Counted from the stretch's first letter, positions 9,199-19,425 are shown. The stretch: 64,000 bases of DNA from an uncultured Pseudomonadales bacterium (GCA_964406075.1 CAYOQI010000001.1:197015-261014); one strand, 5' to 3'. Program-made: numbers and translations. The notes: generated from the sequence alone by a model not told the origin.

Positions 9199-10236
9199 TT
9201 AAAAAATCCTACGGATTTTTGCCCAAATACGAAGGAATTTCCAACGAATATTCTCTGCAAAACGATAGAAAGAATAAATCGGCGGATTTAGTACAAGATC
9301 GTATGTTCCGAGAAACTCATAGAGCTGAGGTCCATAGCCTTCTTTGAAACGATGAAAGCCATACCACGGATCTTTTTCATTCGGATTTGGCCCTAATGCT
9401 CCCCACATATCAAACTTTTTTAATCCCATACTTTTTCCAAATTTAATAATTTCCCACATCATCAGATTACTCGCCATCACATCTCTATGTTCAGAACTTG
9501 AAGCTCCGTATGGATAATAAAGAGTATCGCCAAAAATAAACACAATCCAACTTACCAGGGGCTTCCCTTCGTAATGTGCCTCAAAAATACGCATCTGACC
9601 GGACTCACCCATTTGATCCCACATTTTTCTAAAATAGGTTTGATTGTGAGCGTAAAAACCTTGGCGTTTGGTCGTCTCAGCTAAGATATTGAGATGAGTC
9701 TCAACTCCTTCTTTGGTCGAGTTTTCAAAAATCTCAACACCCTTTTTTTCAGCTAAATTGACGTTGTACCGAGTCTTTGATTTCATGAGCTCCATCAATT
9801 TTTGTTCAGACTGGGTCAGATCTAAAATAAAGGTATAGCGAGTGAAAAGCGCCTTACCTGGCTGACAACCATGCTCAGTCAAAAAATCTGAAATAGCTTG
9901 ATGTCCAGATGGATGTCCTATTTCTTGAGCAATATTAGGTTCCAATTTGATTGCAATTGCATTGTGACGTTTTCCTAATTGTTGAAGACCCGTGAGCTGC
10001 TCCTCATCCGGCATATAGCCTTTTGGAAAATAGCCCATCGTAAAAGAGGTGTTCGGAATTTTATGAAAAAAGACCTGAATCACTCTTTTCATTTTTCCAT
10101 TGTCAAAATATCCCACCCGCTCAACGTCGGTCGTATCATTTTTTTTGAACTCTCCCCATTGCCATGACTGCAGAGGATGACCGGCTAAGTCATTGTGAAG
10201 CTTTTGATCTTCGAGAGTGAGGACGCGCAAAATCAT
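9199..10236 (-). CDS. FemAB-family peptidoglycan bridge-formation (aminoacyl)transferase
   Basis: Length and motifs resemble FemX/FemA (YHAHNQTYF, YYPYGASS, MWEIIKFGKSMGLKKFDMWGA). Start placed at MILRVLTLED. Confidence 0.75.
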   Translation of the reverse strand: MILRVLTLEDQKLHNDLAGHPLQSWQWGEFKKNDTTDVERVGYFDNGKMKRVIQVFFHKIPNTSFTMGYFPKGYMPDEEQLTGLQQLGKRHNAIAIKLEPNIAQEIGHPSGHQAISDFLTEHGCQPGKALFTRYTFILDLTQSEQKLMELMKSKTRYNVNLAEKKGVEIFENSTKEGVETHLNILAETTKRQGFYAHNQTYFRKMWDQMGESGQMRIFEAHYEGKPLVSWIVFIFGDTLYYPYGASSSEHRDVMASNLMMWEIIKFGKSMGLKKFDMWGALGPNPNEKDPWYGFHRFKEGYGPQLYEFLGTYDLVLNPPIYSFYRFAENIRWKFLRIWAKIRRIF

Positions 10237-10355
10237 AGTGATATGGTAGCATGCCAAAACCAGAGGAGGAAGTGTTTACTTCAGAAAACTTCTTCAGCTT
10301 TTTTTCAACACATCTATTACACTAGTTAGTAGATTAACAATTCACATTTTTGTAC

Positions 10356-11423
10356 ATGAAAAAAATTCTTCCACTTCTTCTCGTTATTCTTTTCTTAGCT
10401 ATTGGTGGAGTGATCCTGACTCGATCAAATCTTCTCAAAAATGCTGGGTTCGAAACCGATAACTTGAATGACAGTCTTGATAGTTTGGTTGAACAACCGA
10501 TTCAAGAAGTCATCGAACAACTTCATCCCTTATCAATTGAGAATTTAAGACAAACTGAAACCCCTGGCAGTGAGTTTGTGATCGAAGAAACACTCACTCC
10601 TGGATCAAACTACAATCGATACCGAGTATCGTATCAATCTGATGGCTATAAAATTTATGCACTCTTAACAATTCCCAAAGGCACGAAACCTGAAACTGGT
10701 TGGCCGGTCGTAATTTTTAATCATGGCTATATCCCTCCCGCTGAGTATCGAACCACTGAAAGATATATCGCTTATACCGATGCTTTTTCTCGAAATGGAT
10801 ATATATTGCTTCGATCAGACTATCGTGGTCATGGCAGTTCGGAGGGACCAGCAACCGGTGGGTATGGATCAAATGGGTATACCGTCGATGTCCTGAATGC
10901 GGTGGCATCAATCAAAAAACACCAGGATGTCGATGTCAATCGAATCGGGATGTGGGGACACTCAATGGGTGGATATATCACGCTTCGGATCATGGTCGTG
11001 AATAAAGATATCAAAGCAGGTGTGATTTGGGCCGGAGTGGTGGCCTCGTATCCAGATTTAATCAATAATTGGCGACGACCAAATCGCTCCCCTTCACCAA
11101 ATGTGACACCTAACGCGAGAAGTTGGAGAAACCAATTGACCTCTCAATATGGTTCACCAGAATCAAATCCTGAGTTTTGGAATTCATTGTCGGCTAATTC
11201 TTATTTAAGTGATATTTCTGGACCAGTTCAACTTCATCACGGAACCGCAGACACTTCTGTCCCGGTAGAATTTTCTCAGACACTCGAAACTCAAATGGAA
11301 GCCGTGAGTAAACCAGTCGAACTCTTCATTTATCAGGGTGACGATCACAATCTGTCAAACTCATTCAGTGCTGCCATGAATCGATCTGTGCAGTTTTTTG
11401 ATGAACATGTAAAAGGAGAATAA
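10356..11423 (+). CDS. secreted alpha/beta hydrolase (S9 / dienelactone-hydrolase-like)
   Basis: N-terminal TM/signal segment, GHSMGG nucleophile elbow, late HHGTAD and DDHN. The ATG at 10356 follows a TTG listed in the track. Confidence 0.75.
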   Translation: MKKILPLLLVILFLAIGGVILTRSNLLKNAGFETDNLNDSLDSLVEQPIQEVIEQLHPLSIENLRQTETPGSEFVIEETLTPGSNYNRYRVSYQSDGYKIYALLTIPKGTKPETGWPVVIFNHGYIPPAEYRTTERYIAYTDAFSRNGYILLRSDYRGHGSSEGPATGGYGSNGYTVDVLNAVASIKKHQDVDVNRIGMWGHSMGGYITLRIMVVNKDIKAGVIWAGVVASYPDLINNWRRPNRSPSPNVTPNARSWRNQLTSQYGSPESNPEFWNSLSANSYLSDISGPVQLHHGTADTSVPVEFSQTLETQMEAVSKPVELFIYQGDDHNLSNSFSAAMNRSVQFFDEHVKGE

Positions 11424-11474
11424 TAAACTCAAATAATTTTTGTCATCACAAAATATGGTTTATACTATAACTAT

Positions 11475-12098
11475 ATGAAAAAAATACTTCTCGTTCTTCC
11501 ACTACTTTTCTTGACTGCCTGCCAACCTAAAACTCCCACCGCTCAAATTGACCAAACTGAATCAGAGACTATTAATGAAGCACAACAAATGGGTAAATTA
11601 GTTGCTGAAGGTAAACCAGTTGCATGTGTGGTGACAGACAAGAAAACTAACGCCAGCTACACATATAAAATGATTGGTAAAAAAGTTCGAATGAGTGGGA
11701 TAACTACCACAGGACAAACGGGCAAGAGCTCCATGCTCCTTGATGAACAAAATATGTATATGTGGGACGAGGAGAAAAAAACCGGAACAAAATGGGCCAT
11801 CCCCACTGAAGACGACGCTAAAAAAACTGCTGAACAACAAGGGCGAAATATTCCAGATCTTTCCACCGAAGAATCTCGTGAGGAATACATCAATCAAGGA
11901 TATGCCGTTGATTGCGAGGAAACAGTCGTCACAGATTCAGACTTTATTCCACCAGCAGATGTAACCTTCAGTGATCTGTCCAGCATGATGGATTCTGCCA
12001 ATCAAATGATGCAAAATCCAACAGCCACATTGACACCTGCTCAGCAAGAGATGCTTCAAAAGCAATCTGAAGAGATGATGATGCAGTACCAACAATAG
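11475..12098 (+). CDS. lipoprotein, function unknown
   Basis: Signal peptide with lipobox LLFLTAC. Confidence 0.6.
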   Translation: MKKILLVLPLLFLTACQPKTPTAQIDQTESETINEAQQMGKLVAEGKPVACVVTDKKTNASYTYKMIGKKVRMSGITTTGQTGKSSMLLDEQNMYMWDEEKKTGTKWAIPTEDDAKKTAEQQGRNIPDLSTEESREEYINQGYAVDCEETVVTDSDFIPPADVTFSDLSSMMDSANQMMQNPTATLTPAQQEMLQKQSEEMMMQYQQ

Positions 12099-12126
12099 GT
12101 TCAAGGTATTAGGTACAAGGTGCAAG
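12097..12126 (+). repeat. Heptad array AGGTTCA AGGTATT AGGTACA AGGTGCA AG (NAG-N4 period on the plus strand)
   Basis: Read directly. It begins inside the TAG stop of 11475..12098. The first 11 nt, AGGTTCAAGGT, are the exact inverted repeat of 12511-12521. Confidence 0.75.
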
Positions 12127-12139
12127 ATTACGTCAATCT

Positions 12140-12517
12140 ATGAATGAATCTAAGCAGATTACTTCATTTAAAGATTTACTTGTATGGCAACGAGCAGTCA
12201 TATTTGTTACAAAAATCTATACTTTAACTAATACTTTCCCTAAAACAGAAACATTCAGTTTGATTGATCAGCTCAGAAGAGCTGCAGTTTCCATTGCCTC
12301 TAACATTGCAGAAGGGAAACAAAGACAAACTAAAAAAGAGTATATCCAATTTCTTCATATTGCCTACGGATCATGTGCTGAGGTATATACACAATTAATT
12401 ATTTCAAAAAATCTCGGTTACTTTAATGAAAAATCTTTGAACAATTTCTTGGATGAACTTCTTGTTATAGAAAAAATGCTTTCTTCTTTAATCAAAAAAT
12501 TGAAATCTTTACCTTGA
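12140..12517 (+). CDS. four-helix-bundle protein (23S rRNA intervening-sequence protein family)
   Basis: FKDLLVWQRA...LIDQLRRAAVSIASNIAEG...YGSCAEV matches the family signature. 125 aa. Confidence 0.85.
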   Translation: MNESKQITSFKDLLVWQRAVIFVTKIYTLTNTFPKTETFSLIDQLRRAAVSIASNIAEGKQRQTKKEYIQFLHIAYGSCAEVYTQLIISKNLGYFNEKSLNNFLDELLVIEKMLSSLIKKLKSLP

Positions 12518-12552
12518 ACCTTACATCCTGCACCACAAACCTTTCCTTTTCA
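12511..12552 (-). repeat. Heptad array; plus strand reads ACCTTGA ACCTTAC ATCCTGC ACCACAA ACCTTTC CTTTTCA
   Basis: Read directly. It overlaps the TGA stop of the four-helix-bundle gene. It is the complement-orientation partner of 12097-12126. Confidence 0.75.
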
Positions 12553-12644
12553 GGTTCCCTTCAGCTCATATCGTATAATTGAGCCTAGAGAAGAGTGTGT
12601 CAATTTCTCCCCTCTTCCATTTTTTAGATAAAAAAGGTCCAATT

Positions 12645-13316
12645 ATGCGAATACTTGTCATCGAGGATGAACATCGAATTGCCAACACAATTAAAAAAGG
12701 GTTGGAGCAAGAAAAGTATGCGGTCGATGTCACGTATGATGGTGAGACTGGATTGACGATGGCATTTGGTGAAGAGTACGACATCATCCTGCTCGATCGC
12801 ATGTTACCCGGAATCAATGGGGTGCAAGTAGCCAAAGAACTTCGAGATAAAAAACTTCATACGCCTATTTTGATGTTAACCGCCAAAGGTGAAGTTTCGG
12901 ATAAAGTCGAAGGTCTCGATTCTGGAGCCGATGACTATCTCACTAAACCTTTTTCGTTTGATGAATTATTAGCGCGAATTCGAGCACTCACTCGCCGCCC
13001 TTCTAACGTTTTAGAAACAGTTTTAAAGATTCAAGATCTTTCTCTGAATACCACTACCTTTGAAGTATCACGAGCCGATCAACATATTCAGCTGTCCACT
13101 AAAGAATTTTCTTTACTGGAATACTTACTCCGTCACGCTGAAACCACAGTTACGAAAGATCAAATTATCCAACATGTTTGGGATTATGATGCTGATGTTT
13201 TACCAAATACAGTAGAAGTGAATATTAAAAATTTACGCAATAAAATTGATAACCCGTTTAAAGATAAACCAAATTTAATTCAGACTGTTAGAGGCTTTGG
13301 ATATAAATTAGGATAG
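12645..13316 (+). CDS. OmpR-family response regulator
   Basis: Receiver domain (ILVIEDE, DIILLDRMLPG, LTAK) plus a winged-helix C-terminus (RGFGYKL). Start placed at MRILVIEDE. Confidence 0.9.
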   Translation: MRILVIEDEHRIANTIKKGLEQEKYAVDVTYDGETGLTMAFGEEYDIILLDRMLPGINGVQVAKELRDKKLHTPILMLTAKGEVSDKVEGLDSGADDYLTKPFSFDELLARIRALTRRPSNVLETVLKIQDLSLNTTTFEVSRADQHIQLSTKEFSLLEYLLRHAETTVTKDQIIQHVWDYDADVLPNTVEVNIKNLRNKIDNPFKDKPNLIQTVRGFGYKLG

Positions 13317-13321
13317 GTTGT

Positions 13322-14350
13322 ATGTTCGAAAGCGCCCGACTGAAGCTCACCTTGTGGTATTTGCTCATCATCATGTTGATTAGTTTGTGTTTTAGCATGG
13401 TGATTTATGGTTTACTTTCTCGCGAAGTCGAACGATTTGCCTCACTTCAACGGGTGAGACTCGAAAAACGATTTCAAGATGTCTACGTCTTTCAGCCAGG
13501 TGCTCAACAACCGAATCCTGTCCTGGTAACCATTTCCGAAGAGGATCTTGTTCAAGATCTCAAACAAAGACTGATTAATATCTTGATTGTGGTGAACAGC
13601 ACCATTTTCATTGTTTCTGGTGGCATTTCGTATTTGTTCGCTGGAAAAACACTTCGCCCTATTAAAGATATGGTGAATGAACAACATCGCTTTATCAGTG
13701 ATGCATCGCATGAATTTCGTACTCCATTAACCTCACTTCGTAGTGCCTTTGAAGTCTACCTTCGTGGAAAACAATCGCTGATTGAGGCGAAAGTTGTGAT
13801 AACCGAAAGTTTGGACGAGGTAAAAAAACTTCAACAACTCTCAGACTCACTTCTCCAGCTCGCTCAATATCATAAACCAAATGGTCACACTCTTTTTGAA
13901 AAAATTTCTCTTGATTCCACTATTTCAACAGCACTTCGCCGAATGAAACCGATTGCGGTTCAGAAAGATATTCAACTTCAGTATGAGAAACAGGAGTTTT
14001 CCGTCATTGGAGATAAAGATAGTTTGACCAATTTATGGGTGATTTTGATTGATAACGCCATTAAATATAGTCCTGAAAAATCAATCATAAAATTTTCTAC
14101 GGTGAAAAAAGATGGATATGTTTTGACCACAATTCAGGATCAAGGCATCGGCATTGATGAAAAAGCTTTACCTCATATTTTTGATCGCTTCTATCGGGCA
14201 AATTTAGCCCGCAGTAGAAATGGCGCTGGTGGTTATGGACTGGGATTATCAATCGCAAAAAAAATTGTTGACCAGCATAAAGGGAGTATCATTGCCAAAA
14301 GCAAACCGAATGAAGGCACAACCTTTACTATTAAACTTCCCGTAAAGTAA
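13322..14350 (+). CDS. sensor histidine kinase (HisKA + HATPase_c)
   Basis: H-box SDASHEFRTPLTSL, N-box IDNAIKYS and G-boxes DQGIGI / GYGLGLSIAK. Two N-terminal TM helices. Confidence 0.9.
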   Translation: MFESARLKLTLWYLLIIMLISLCFSMVIYGLLSREVERFASLQRVRLEKRFQDVYVFQPGAQQPNPVLVTISEEDLVQDLKQRLINILIVVNSTIFIVSGGISYLFAGKTLRPIKDMVNEQHRFISDASHEFRTPLTSLRSAFEVYLRGKQSLIEAKVVITESLDEVKKLQQLSDSLLQLAQYHKPNGHTLFEKISLDSTISTALRRMKPIAVQKDIQLQYEKQEFSVIGDKDSLTNLWVILIDNAIKYSPEKSIIKFSTVKKDGYVLTTIQDQGIGIDEKALPHIFDRFYRANLARSRNGAGGYGLGLSIAKKIVDQHKGSIIAKSKPNEGTTFTIKLPVK

Positions 14351-14400
14351 CAGATCACTTTTCAGCGATTCTTCAGACTGTTTTCTTACACTACTCAGTT

Positions 14401-15684
14401 ATGTCATTGATTTCTTCTTCAAGAAGCATTGTTTCAAATACGTGGAAACGTATTCGAATGGCTTCTTTACTCACCAAAATTATTTTCATCCTCTTAATTG
14501 GAGGCGTCGGTTGGTATGGATATACCAAACTAAAAACTCCCACAACAGATACCCCTGTGCTCGTCACCGAAGAAGTCAAACGCGGAAATTTAACCATCAG
14601 CGTATCTGCTTCCGGAAAAGTTGCGAGTACCAATGCCAGTACTATTACTACTCAAGCTTCCGGTGTCGTCTCAAAAATTTTAGTCAAAGAAGGAGCACAA
14701 GTAACTGCTGGGCAGGCCATTGCTCAGGTCGATCTTGATTTAATCGGACGACAAAAATCAGCCCAAGCCTATGCCTCGTATCAATCTGCAAAAAATTCGT
14801 TAGCAAGTGCTCAAGCCTCTCAACATTCTTTGCAAAGTCAGTTATTCAAAGCCAATCAAACATTTATCAATGGAGCCGTGGCTGATAATTTATCCTCCAG
14901 TGATCCAAACTTTATTCAACAAAATGCGGACTGGCTCGCTTCCGAAGCGAGTTATAAAAATCAGGCGACAGTCATAGCCCAAGCTCAAACTTCTCTGAGT
15001 AGTGCGTGGCTCAGTTACCAACAATCGTCAGCCACTATTTATGCTCCACTGTCCGGAAAAATTACCGGTCTGTCTATTCAACCCGGCACCATTTTAAACA
15101 GCAGTAATAGTACAGAAAGTACCGCCACCGAGATAGGGTATGTCACGACTCAAGCCAATCCGACAATTCAAATTTCGTTGACGGAAATTGATGTGCCAAA
15201 AGTAAAAATTGGAAATACGGTCGAAGTCACCATCGATGCACTTCCCAATCAAACCTTTCCTGGAAAAGTCGTCAGTATTGATACAGTCGGAAGTAGTACT
15301 TCTGATGTGTCCAGCTACCCGATCACGATCCAGCTTGATACAGCCGACTCTCAAATTTTTTCAAACATGACTGCCAATGCAACTATTACAACCGATTCAA
15401 AAGGAAATGTCTTGATCGTACCGTCTTCTGCTGTCCAAAATCGGAATGACACTTCATTCGTGCGAGTGATGAAAGACGGAAAAACTGAGATGGCCAAAGT
15501 CGAAACCGGTTTGAGTTCAGATACGGAAACGGAGATCATCTCCGGCCTTTCTGAAGGCGATATCATCATTACATCTTCTCCTACTGTCATCACTGGCTCG
15601 TCTACCGACTCACCGTTTGGCATGACTAGCTTTGGTGGTCGAAGTGGAGGGACTGGCGGAGGTGCCGTCAGAATTGCGAGATAA
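14401..15684 (+). CDS. efflux periplasmic adaptor (HlyD/MacA-like)
   Basis: N-terminal TM segment, coiled-coil Ala/Gln-rich middle and beta-barrel C-terminus (VEVTIDALPNQTFPGKVVSID). It lies directly upstream of the ABC pair. Confidence 0.8.
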   Translation: MSLISSSRSIVSNTWKRIRMASLLTKIIFILLIGGVGWYGYTKLKTPTTDTPVLVTEEVKRGNLTISVSASGKVASTNASTITTQASGVVSKILVKEGAQVTAGQAIAQVDLDLIGRQKSAQAYASYQSAKNSLASAQASQHSLQSQLFKANQTFINGAVADNLSSSDPNFIQQNADWLASEASYKNQATVIAQAQTSLSSAWLSYQQSSATIYAPLSGKITGLSIQPGTILNSSNSTESTATEIGYVTTQANPTIQISLTEIDVPKVKIGNTVEVTIDALPNQTFPGKVVSIDTVGSSTSDVSSYPITIQLDTADSQIFSNMTANATITTDSKGNVLIVPSSAVQNRNDTSFVRVMKDGKTEMAKVETGLSSDTETEIISGLSEGDIIITSSPTVITGSSTDSPFGMTSFGGRSGGTGGGAVRIAR

Positions 15685-15689
15685 ATTTC

Positions 15690-16364
15690 ATGATTAGCGT
15701 TTCTCACATTTCCAAGATTTATCATACTGAAGCGGGCGAAACCGTCGCTCTCAAAGATGTGTCTTTTGAGATCAAAAAAGGTGAGTTCGTGGCGATCATG
15801 GGACCATCCGGATCTGGAAAATCAACTTTAATGCATATTCTCGGAGCCTTAGATTTACCGACGGAAGGTCAATATATTTTGGATGGAAAAAATGTTTCAA
15901 AACTCAGTGATGATGATCTGGCCGATATTCGCAATCAAAAAATCGGATTCATTTTTCAATCCTTTAATCTTCTCCCTCGTACTACGTCTCTCCGAAATGT
16001 GATGCTTCCGATGATGTACGCAGGGATTCCCAAAGCGGAGCGAAAACGGAAAGCCGAAAAATACTTGGAAATGGTTGGTCTCGGGCATCGCCTCTATCAC
16101 ACTTCGAATCAACTCTCCGGCGGCCAACAACAGCGCGTTGCCATCGCCCGTGGCTTGGCGATGAATCCTGCAATCTTGTTGGCCGATGAACCGACAGGGA
16201 ATATCGCCTCTGCTCAAGCTGAAGAGATTATGGATATTTTTAAAAAATTACACAAAGACGGCCATACCATTGTCATGATCACGCATGAACCCGATGTGGC
16301 TATGCATGCCAAACGCATCATCACGATCAAAGATGGTGAAATTGCGAGTGATAAGAAAAATTAA
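15690..16364 (+). CDS. ABC transporter ATP-binding protein (MacB/LolD-type)
   Basis: Walker [10 protein letters not shown], signature [14 protein letters not shown] and Walker B ILLADEPT. Confidence 0.9.
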   Translation: MISVSHISKIYHTEAGETVALKDVSFEIKKGEFVAIMGPSGSGKSTLMHILGALDLPTEGQYILDGKNVSKLSDDDLADIRNQKIGFIFQSFNLLPRTTSLRNVMLPMMYAGIPKAERKRKAEKYLEMVGLGHRLYHTSNQLSGGQQQRVAIARGLAMNPAILLADEPTGNIASAQAEEIMDIFKKLHKDGHTIVMITHEPDVAMHAKRIITIKDGEIASDKKN

Positions 16365-16368
16365 ACCT

Positions 16369-17592
16369 ATGGATTACATCGAATTAATCACGGAAGCAGT
16401 CAGTACGCTCACCCTCAATAAAATGCGGACAGGGTTAGCGGTGCTGGGCATCATCATCGGAATTGGCAGTGTAATTGCGTTGGTCTCGATCGGCCAAGCC
16501 AGTCAAAAATCAGTCGAAAATCAAATTCAATCACTCGGATCAAATCTACTCACCATCTCACCCGGTGGCCAAAGTAGTGGCGGTGTTCGTGGTGCGGCTG
16601 GCAGTGCGACGACCTTAACGCTGGAGGATGCGAAAGCGATCGAAACCCAATTATCTGGTTCAACAGTCAAAAGTGTCTCACCTGAATACTCATCTCGCAG
16701 TCAGGTGGTGGCGGGAAAAAATAACACCAATACCTCGATCACTGGTGTGTACGAACAATATGCTGACATCCGAAAAATCGATATGGAAATGGGAAGTTTC
16801 ATTACTGAGGCCGATGTCATCGGCATCAAAAAAGTCGCTGTGCTCGGACCAACGGTGGTAGAAAACTTATTTGGCGAAGGAGTGAATCCCATTGGTCAAT
16901 CGATTCGGATTGAAGGTCAAACCTTTCAAGTCATTGGGGTGACAAAATCAAAAGGTGGCACTGGATTTAATAATGCTGATGACGCGATTTACGTTCCGCT
17001 GTCCACTGCGCAAAAACAATTGTTTGGTGGAAAAAGTGTCACTAGTATTGCCGTCGAAGCGCAGAATCAAGAGGTGATGACCCAAGCTCAAACTGAAATC
17101 GGATACTTACTCCTCGAACGTCACAAGCTCGATACGCCCGAAGAAGCGGACTTTATGATCTTTTCACAAAATGACATTCTCGATACTGCTTCCCAAATCA
17201 CGACCATTTTTACCACGTTGCTGGGTGGCATCGCTGCTATCTCGCTGGTCGTAGGTGGAATTGGAATCATGAATATCATGTTGGTGACGGTGACCGAACG
17301 AACTAGAGAAATTGGTCTGCGAAAAGCCCTCGGTGCGAAGAAAAAAGTGATAACGATGCAGTTTTTGATCGAATCGATCATGCTAACCGTGACTGGTGGA
17401 TTGATCGGGATGGCAGTGGGAATCGCCGTCTCGTTTGGTATTTCGAAAGTGATGAGTCTTCCCTTCACCATCTCACCGATGTCCATCCTGCTCGCCCTCG
17501 GCGTCTCCGGCGCCATCGGTATCATCTTCGGCCTCTACCCTGCTCAAAAAGCCGCCAACCTCCAACCAATTGAAGCGTTGAGGTATGAGTAA
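16369..17592 (+). CDS. ABC transporter permease (MacB periplasmic domain + FtsX)
   Basis: N-terminal TM segment, large periplasmic domain and C-terminal FtsX-type TM bundle (ERTREIGLRKALGA). Start placed at the ATG at 16369 after the ATPase stop. Confidence 0.9.
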   Translation: MDYIELITEAVSTLTLNKMRTGLAVLGIIIGIGSVIALVSIGQASQKSVENQIQSLGSNLLTISPGGQSSGGVRGAAGSATTLTLEDAKAIETQLSGSTVKSVSPEYSSRSQVVAGKNNTNTSITGVYEQYADIRKIDMEMGSFITEADVIGIKKVAVLGPTVVENLFGEGVNPIGQSIRIEGQTFQVIGVTKSKGGTGFNNADDAIYVPLSTAQKQLFGGKSVTSIAVEAQNQEVMTQAQTEIGYLLLERHKLDTPEEADFMIFSQNDILDTASQITTIFTTLLGGIAAISLVVGGIGIMNIMLVTVTERTREIGLRKALGAKKKVITMQFLIESIMLTVTGGLIGMAVGIAVSFGISKVMSLPFTISPMSILLALGVSGAIGIIFGLYPAQKAANLQPIEALRYE

Positions 17593-17665
17593 GATTATTA
17601 ATTGAACTAAAGATCTTTTCAAATCTTTTTTTCGTTTCTTTCTATTATTATCTCCAGATTGGGTA

Positions 17666-17694
17666 TTGACTACATATCGGAATTATTGTAAATT
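17666..17694 (+). promoter_or_regulatory. Candidate sigma70-type promoter for fic that would yield a (near-)leaderless mRNA
   Basis: TTGACT (17666-17671), a 17-nt spacer, then TAAATT (17689-17694). The ATG lies at 17703, only 8 nt after the -10. No SD. Confidence 0.4.
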
Positions 17695-17702
17695 TTCGAT
17701 AT

Positions 17703-18791
17703 ATGACATCTAGAATACCTTTTGATCCGCTACGTCCTTATAACTTACCTTTATTACCTCCTACATTTGACTACAAGGATAGTAAATTTACAGAATTACG
17801 TGTAAAAGCTCGTGTTGAACTCGCAGAGCTCAAAGCATATAGCACAGATATGCCTAATCAATTATTACTACTTTCTCCAACAATCTTAAAGGAATCAATT
17901 GCAAGTTCTGGTGTTGAAAATATAAATACAACAATGATGAACGTTTTGGAGAATCAACTTTTTTCAGAACAAGAACAAAGACCACAAGATAAAGAAGTTT
18001 TAAGATATAAAGATGCTGTTATTGAAGGTTTTAAAAGTCTTGATAAGTATTCTCTAGCTACCAGAACTATTATTAATATTCACAAGAATCTACTCACAGA
18101 TTCTCCAGGAAAATATAGGAGTCATGCAGTACAGATTCAAAATAATATAACAAAAGAAATAGTTTATACACCGCCAGAAGCTAGAAGAATTCATGAATTA
18201 TTAAATAATCTTGAAAATTTTCTTCACCAAAATGATGATATCGATCCTTTGATAAAAGCGTCAATTATTCATTACCAATTTGAAGCAATTCATCCTTTCA
18301 GTGACGGGAATGGACGAACAGGGAGAATTTTAATGGTTTTATATCTTCTTAGAAAAGATTTATTACATTTTCCAACATTGTATATTAGTGGATATATTTT
18401 AAAAAATAGAAATGATTACTATCGTTTATTACTAAATGTTACAGAAAAACAAGATTGGTCAGAGTATATTGAATTTATGTTAAATGGCTTTTACCTTCAA
18501 GCTAAAGAAACAAAAGAGCTTTTATTCAAAATTAAAAATGAATACGCAAGTTTTAAAGAAATACTTAAAACAAAATATAAAAATATTTATAATGCTGTAG
18601 ATCTGGTAGATACGCTCTTTGCTTTTCCTGTAATTACAGCAACTAAGCTAGCAGAAAATGTCGGTTGTACATGGGAAACAGCAAGTACATATTTGAAAAC
18701 TTTGAAAAAGGCAGGATTAATGTCGGATAAAAAAATGGGAAAATATCATATCTATGTTAATAATAAATTGATTAAAATTCTTCATTCTTAA
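17703..18791 (+). CDS. Fic family protein (AMPylase-type) with its own N-terminal inhibitory motif
   Basis: Core motif HPFSDGNGRTGR. N-terminal SSGVEN fits [ST]xxxE[GN]. C-terminal winged-helix-like tail. The gene is visibly more AT-rich than its neighbours. Confidence 0.9.
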   Translation: MTSRIPFDPLRPYNLPLLPPTFDYKDSKFTELRVKARVELAELKAYSTDMPNQLLLLSPTILKESIASSGVENINTTMMNVLENQLFSEQEQRPQDKEVLRYKDAVIEGFKSLDKYSLATRTIINIHKNLLTDSPGKYRSHAVQIQNNITKEIVYTPPEARRIHELLNNLENFLHQNDDIDPLIKASIIHYQFEAIHPFSDGNGRTGRILMVLYLLRKDLLHFPTLYISGYILKNRNDYYRLLLNVTEKQDWSEYIEFMLNGFYLQAKETKELLFKIKNEYASFKEILKTKYKNIYNAVDLVDTLFAFPVITATKLAENVGCTWETASTYLKTLKKAGLMSDKKMGKYHIYVNNKLIKILHS

Positions 18792-18894
18792 ATTGCTTTT
18801 TCCGCTATTATTTATTGCAATCTTTTTAAGATTCATCTTTTCAGCCTCTTTTCAGTCCGCCTTTTTATACTCGTGAATACGAAAGGAGGGACAC

Positions 18895-19425
18895 ATGAAT
18901 AAAACAAAACTACTTGTTCCCGCACTGGCAGTGTTTATCACCGGAGGAGCTCTACTCGGAGCAACGGGAGCGTACGCTCAGGGGAATGGAACGGCCACAT
19001 ACCGCCCAATTGCCCAGAAGATCGCTGACAAATTCGGACTCAAAGTAGAAGACGTCCAATCCGTCTTTGACGAAGAGAGAGCTTCGCATCAAGCTGAATT
19101 CAAACAAAAATATGAGGATCGACTCACGACCGCAGTGACGGAGGGCAAGATCACCGAAGCCCAAAAGCAACTCATCATCCAGAAACATACAGAGATGCAA
19201 ACAAAGATGAAAGAGAACTTGGAAGCTTGGAAAAATTTATCATCTGAAGAAAGGAAAACCAAAATGGAAACCGAACGTCAAGAACTCGAAACTTGGGCAG
19301 AACAAAACGGCATTGACATGAAATATGTTATGCCAAGAATGTTTAAGTTTGAGAAACATGGCGGATTCAGGGGTGAAAGAGGAGATAAAGAGGAGATGAT
19401 GTGGAATAAAAAAATAGCTGAATAA
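18895..19425 (+). CDS. secreted helical protein, function unknown
   Basis: Signal peptide ...GATGAYAQG. Lys/Glu-rich helical body. Strong SD AAAGGAGGG 5 nt upstream of the ATG. Confidence 0.6.
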   Translation: MNKTKLLVPALAVFITGGALLGATGAYAQGNGTATYRPIAQKIADKFGLKVEDVQSVFDEERASHQAEFKQKYEDRLTTAVTEGKITEAQKQLIIQKHTEMQTKMKENLEAWKNLSSEERKTKMETERQELETWAEQNGIDMKYVMPRMFKFEKHGGFRGERGDKEEMMWNKKIAE

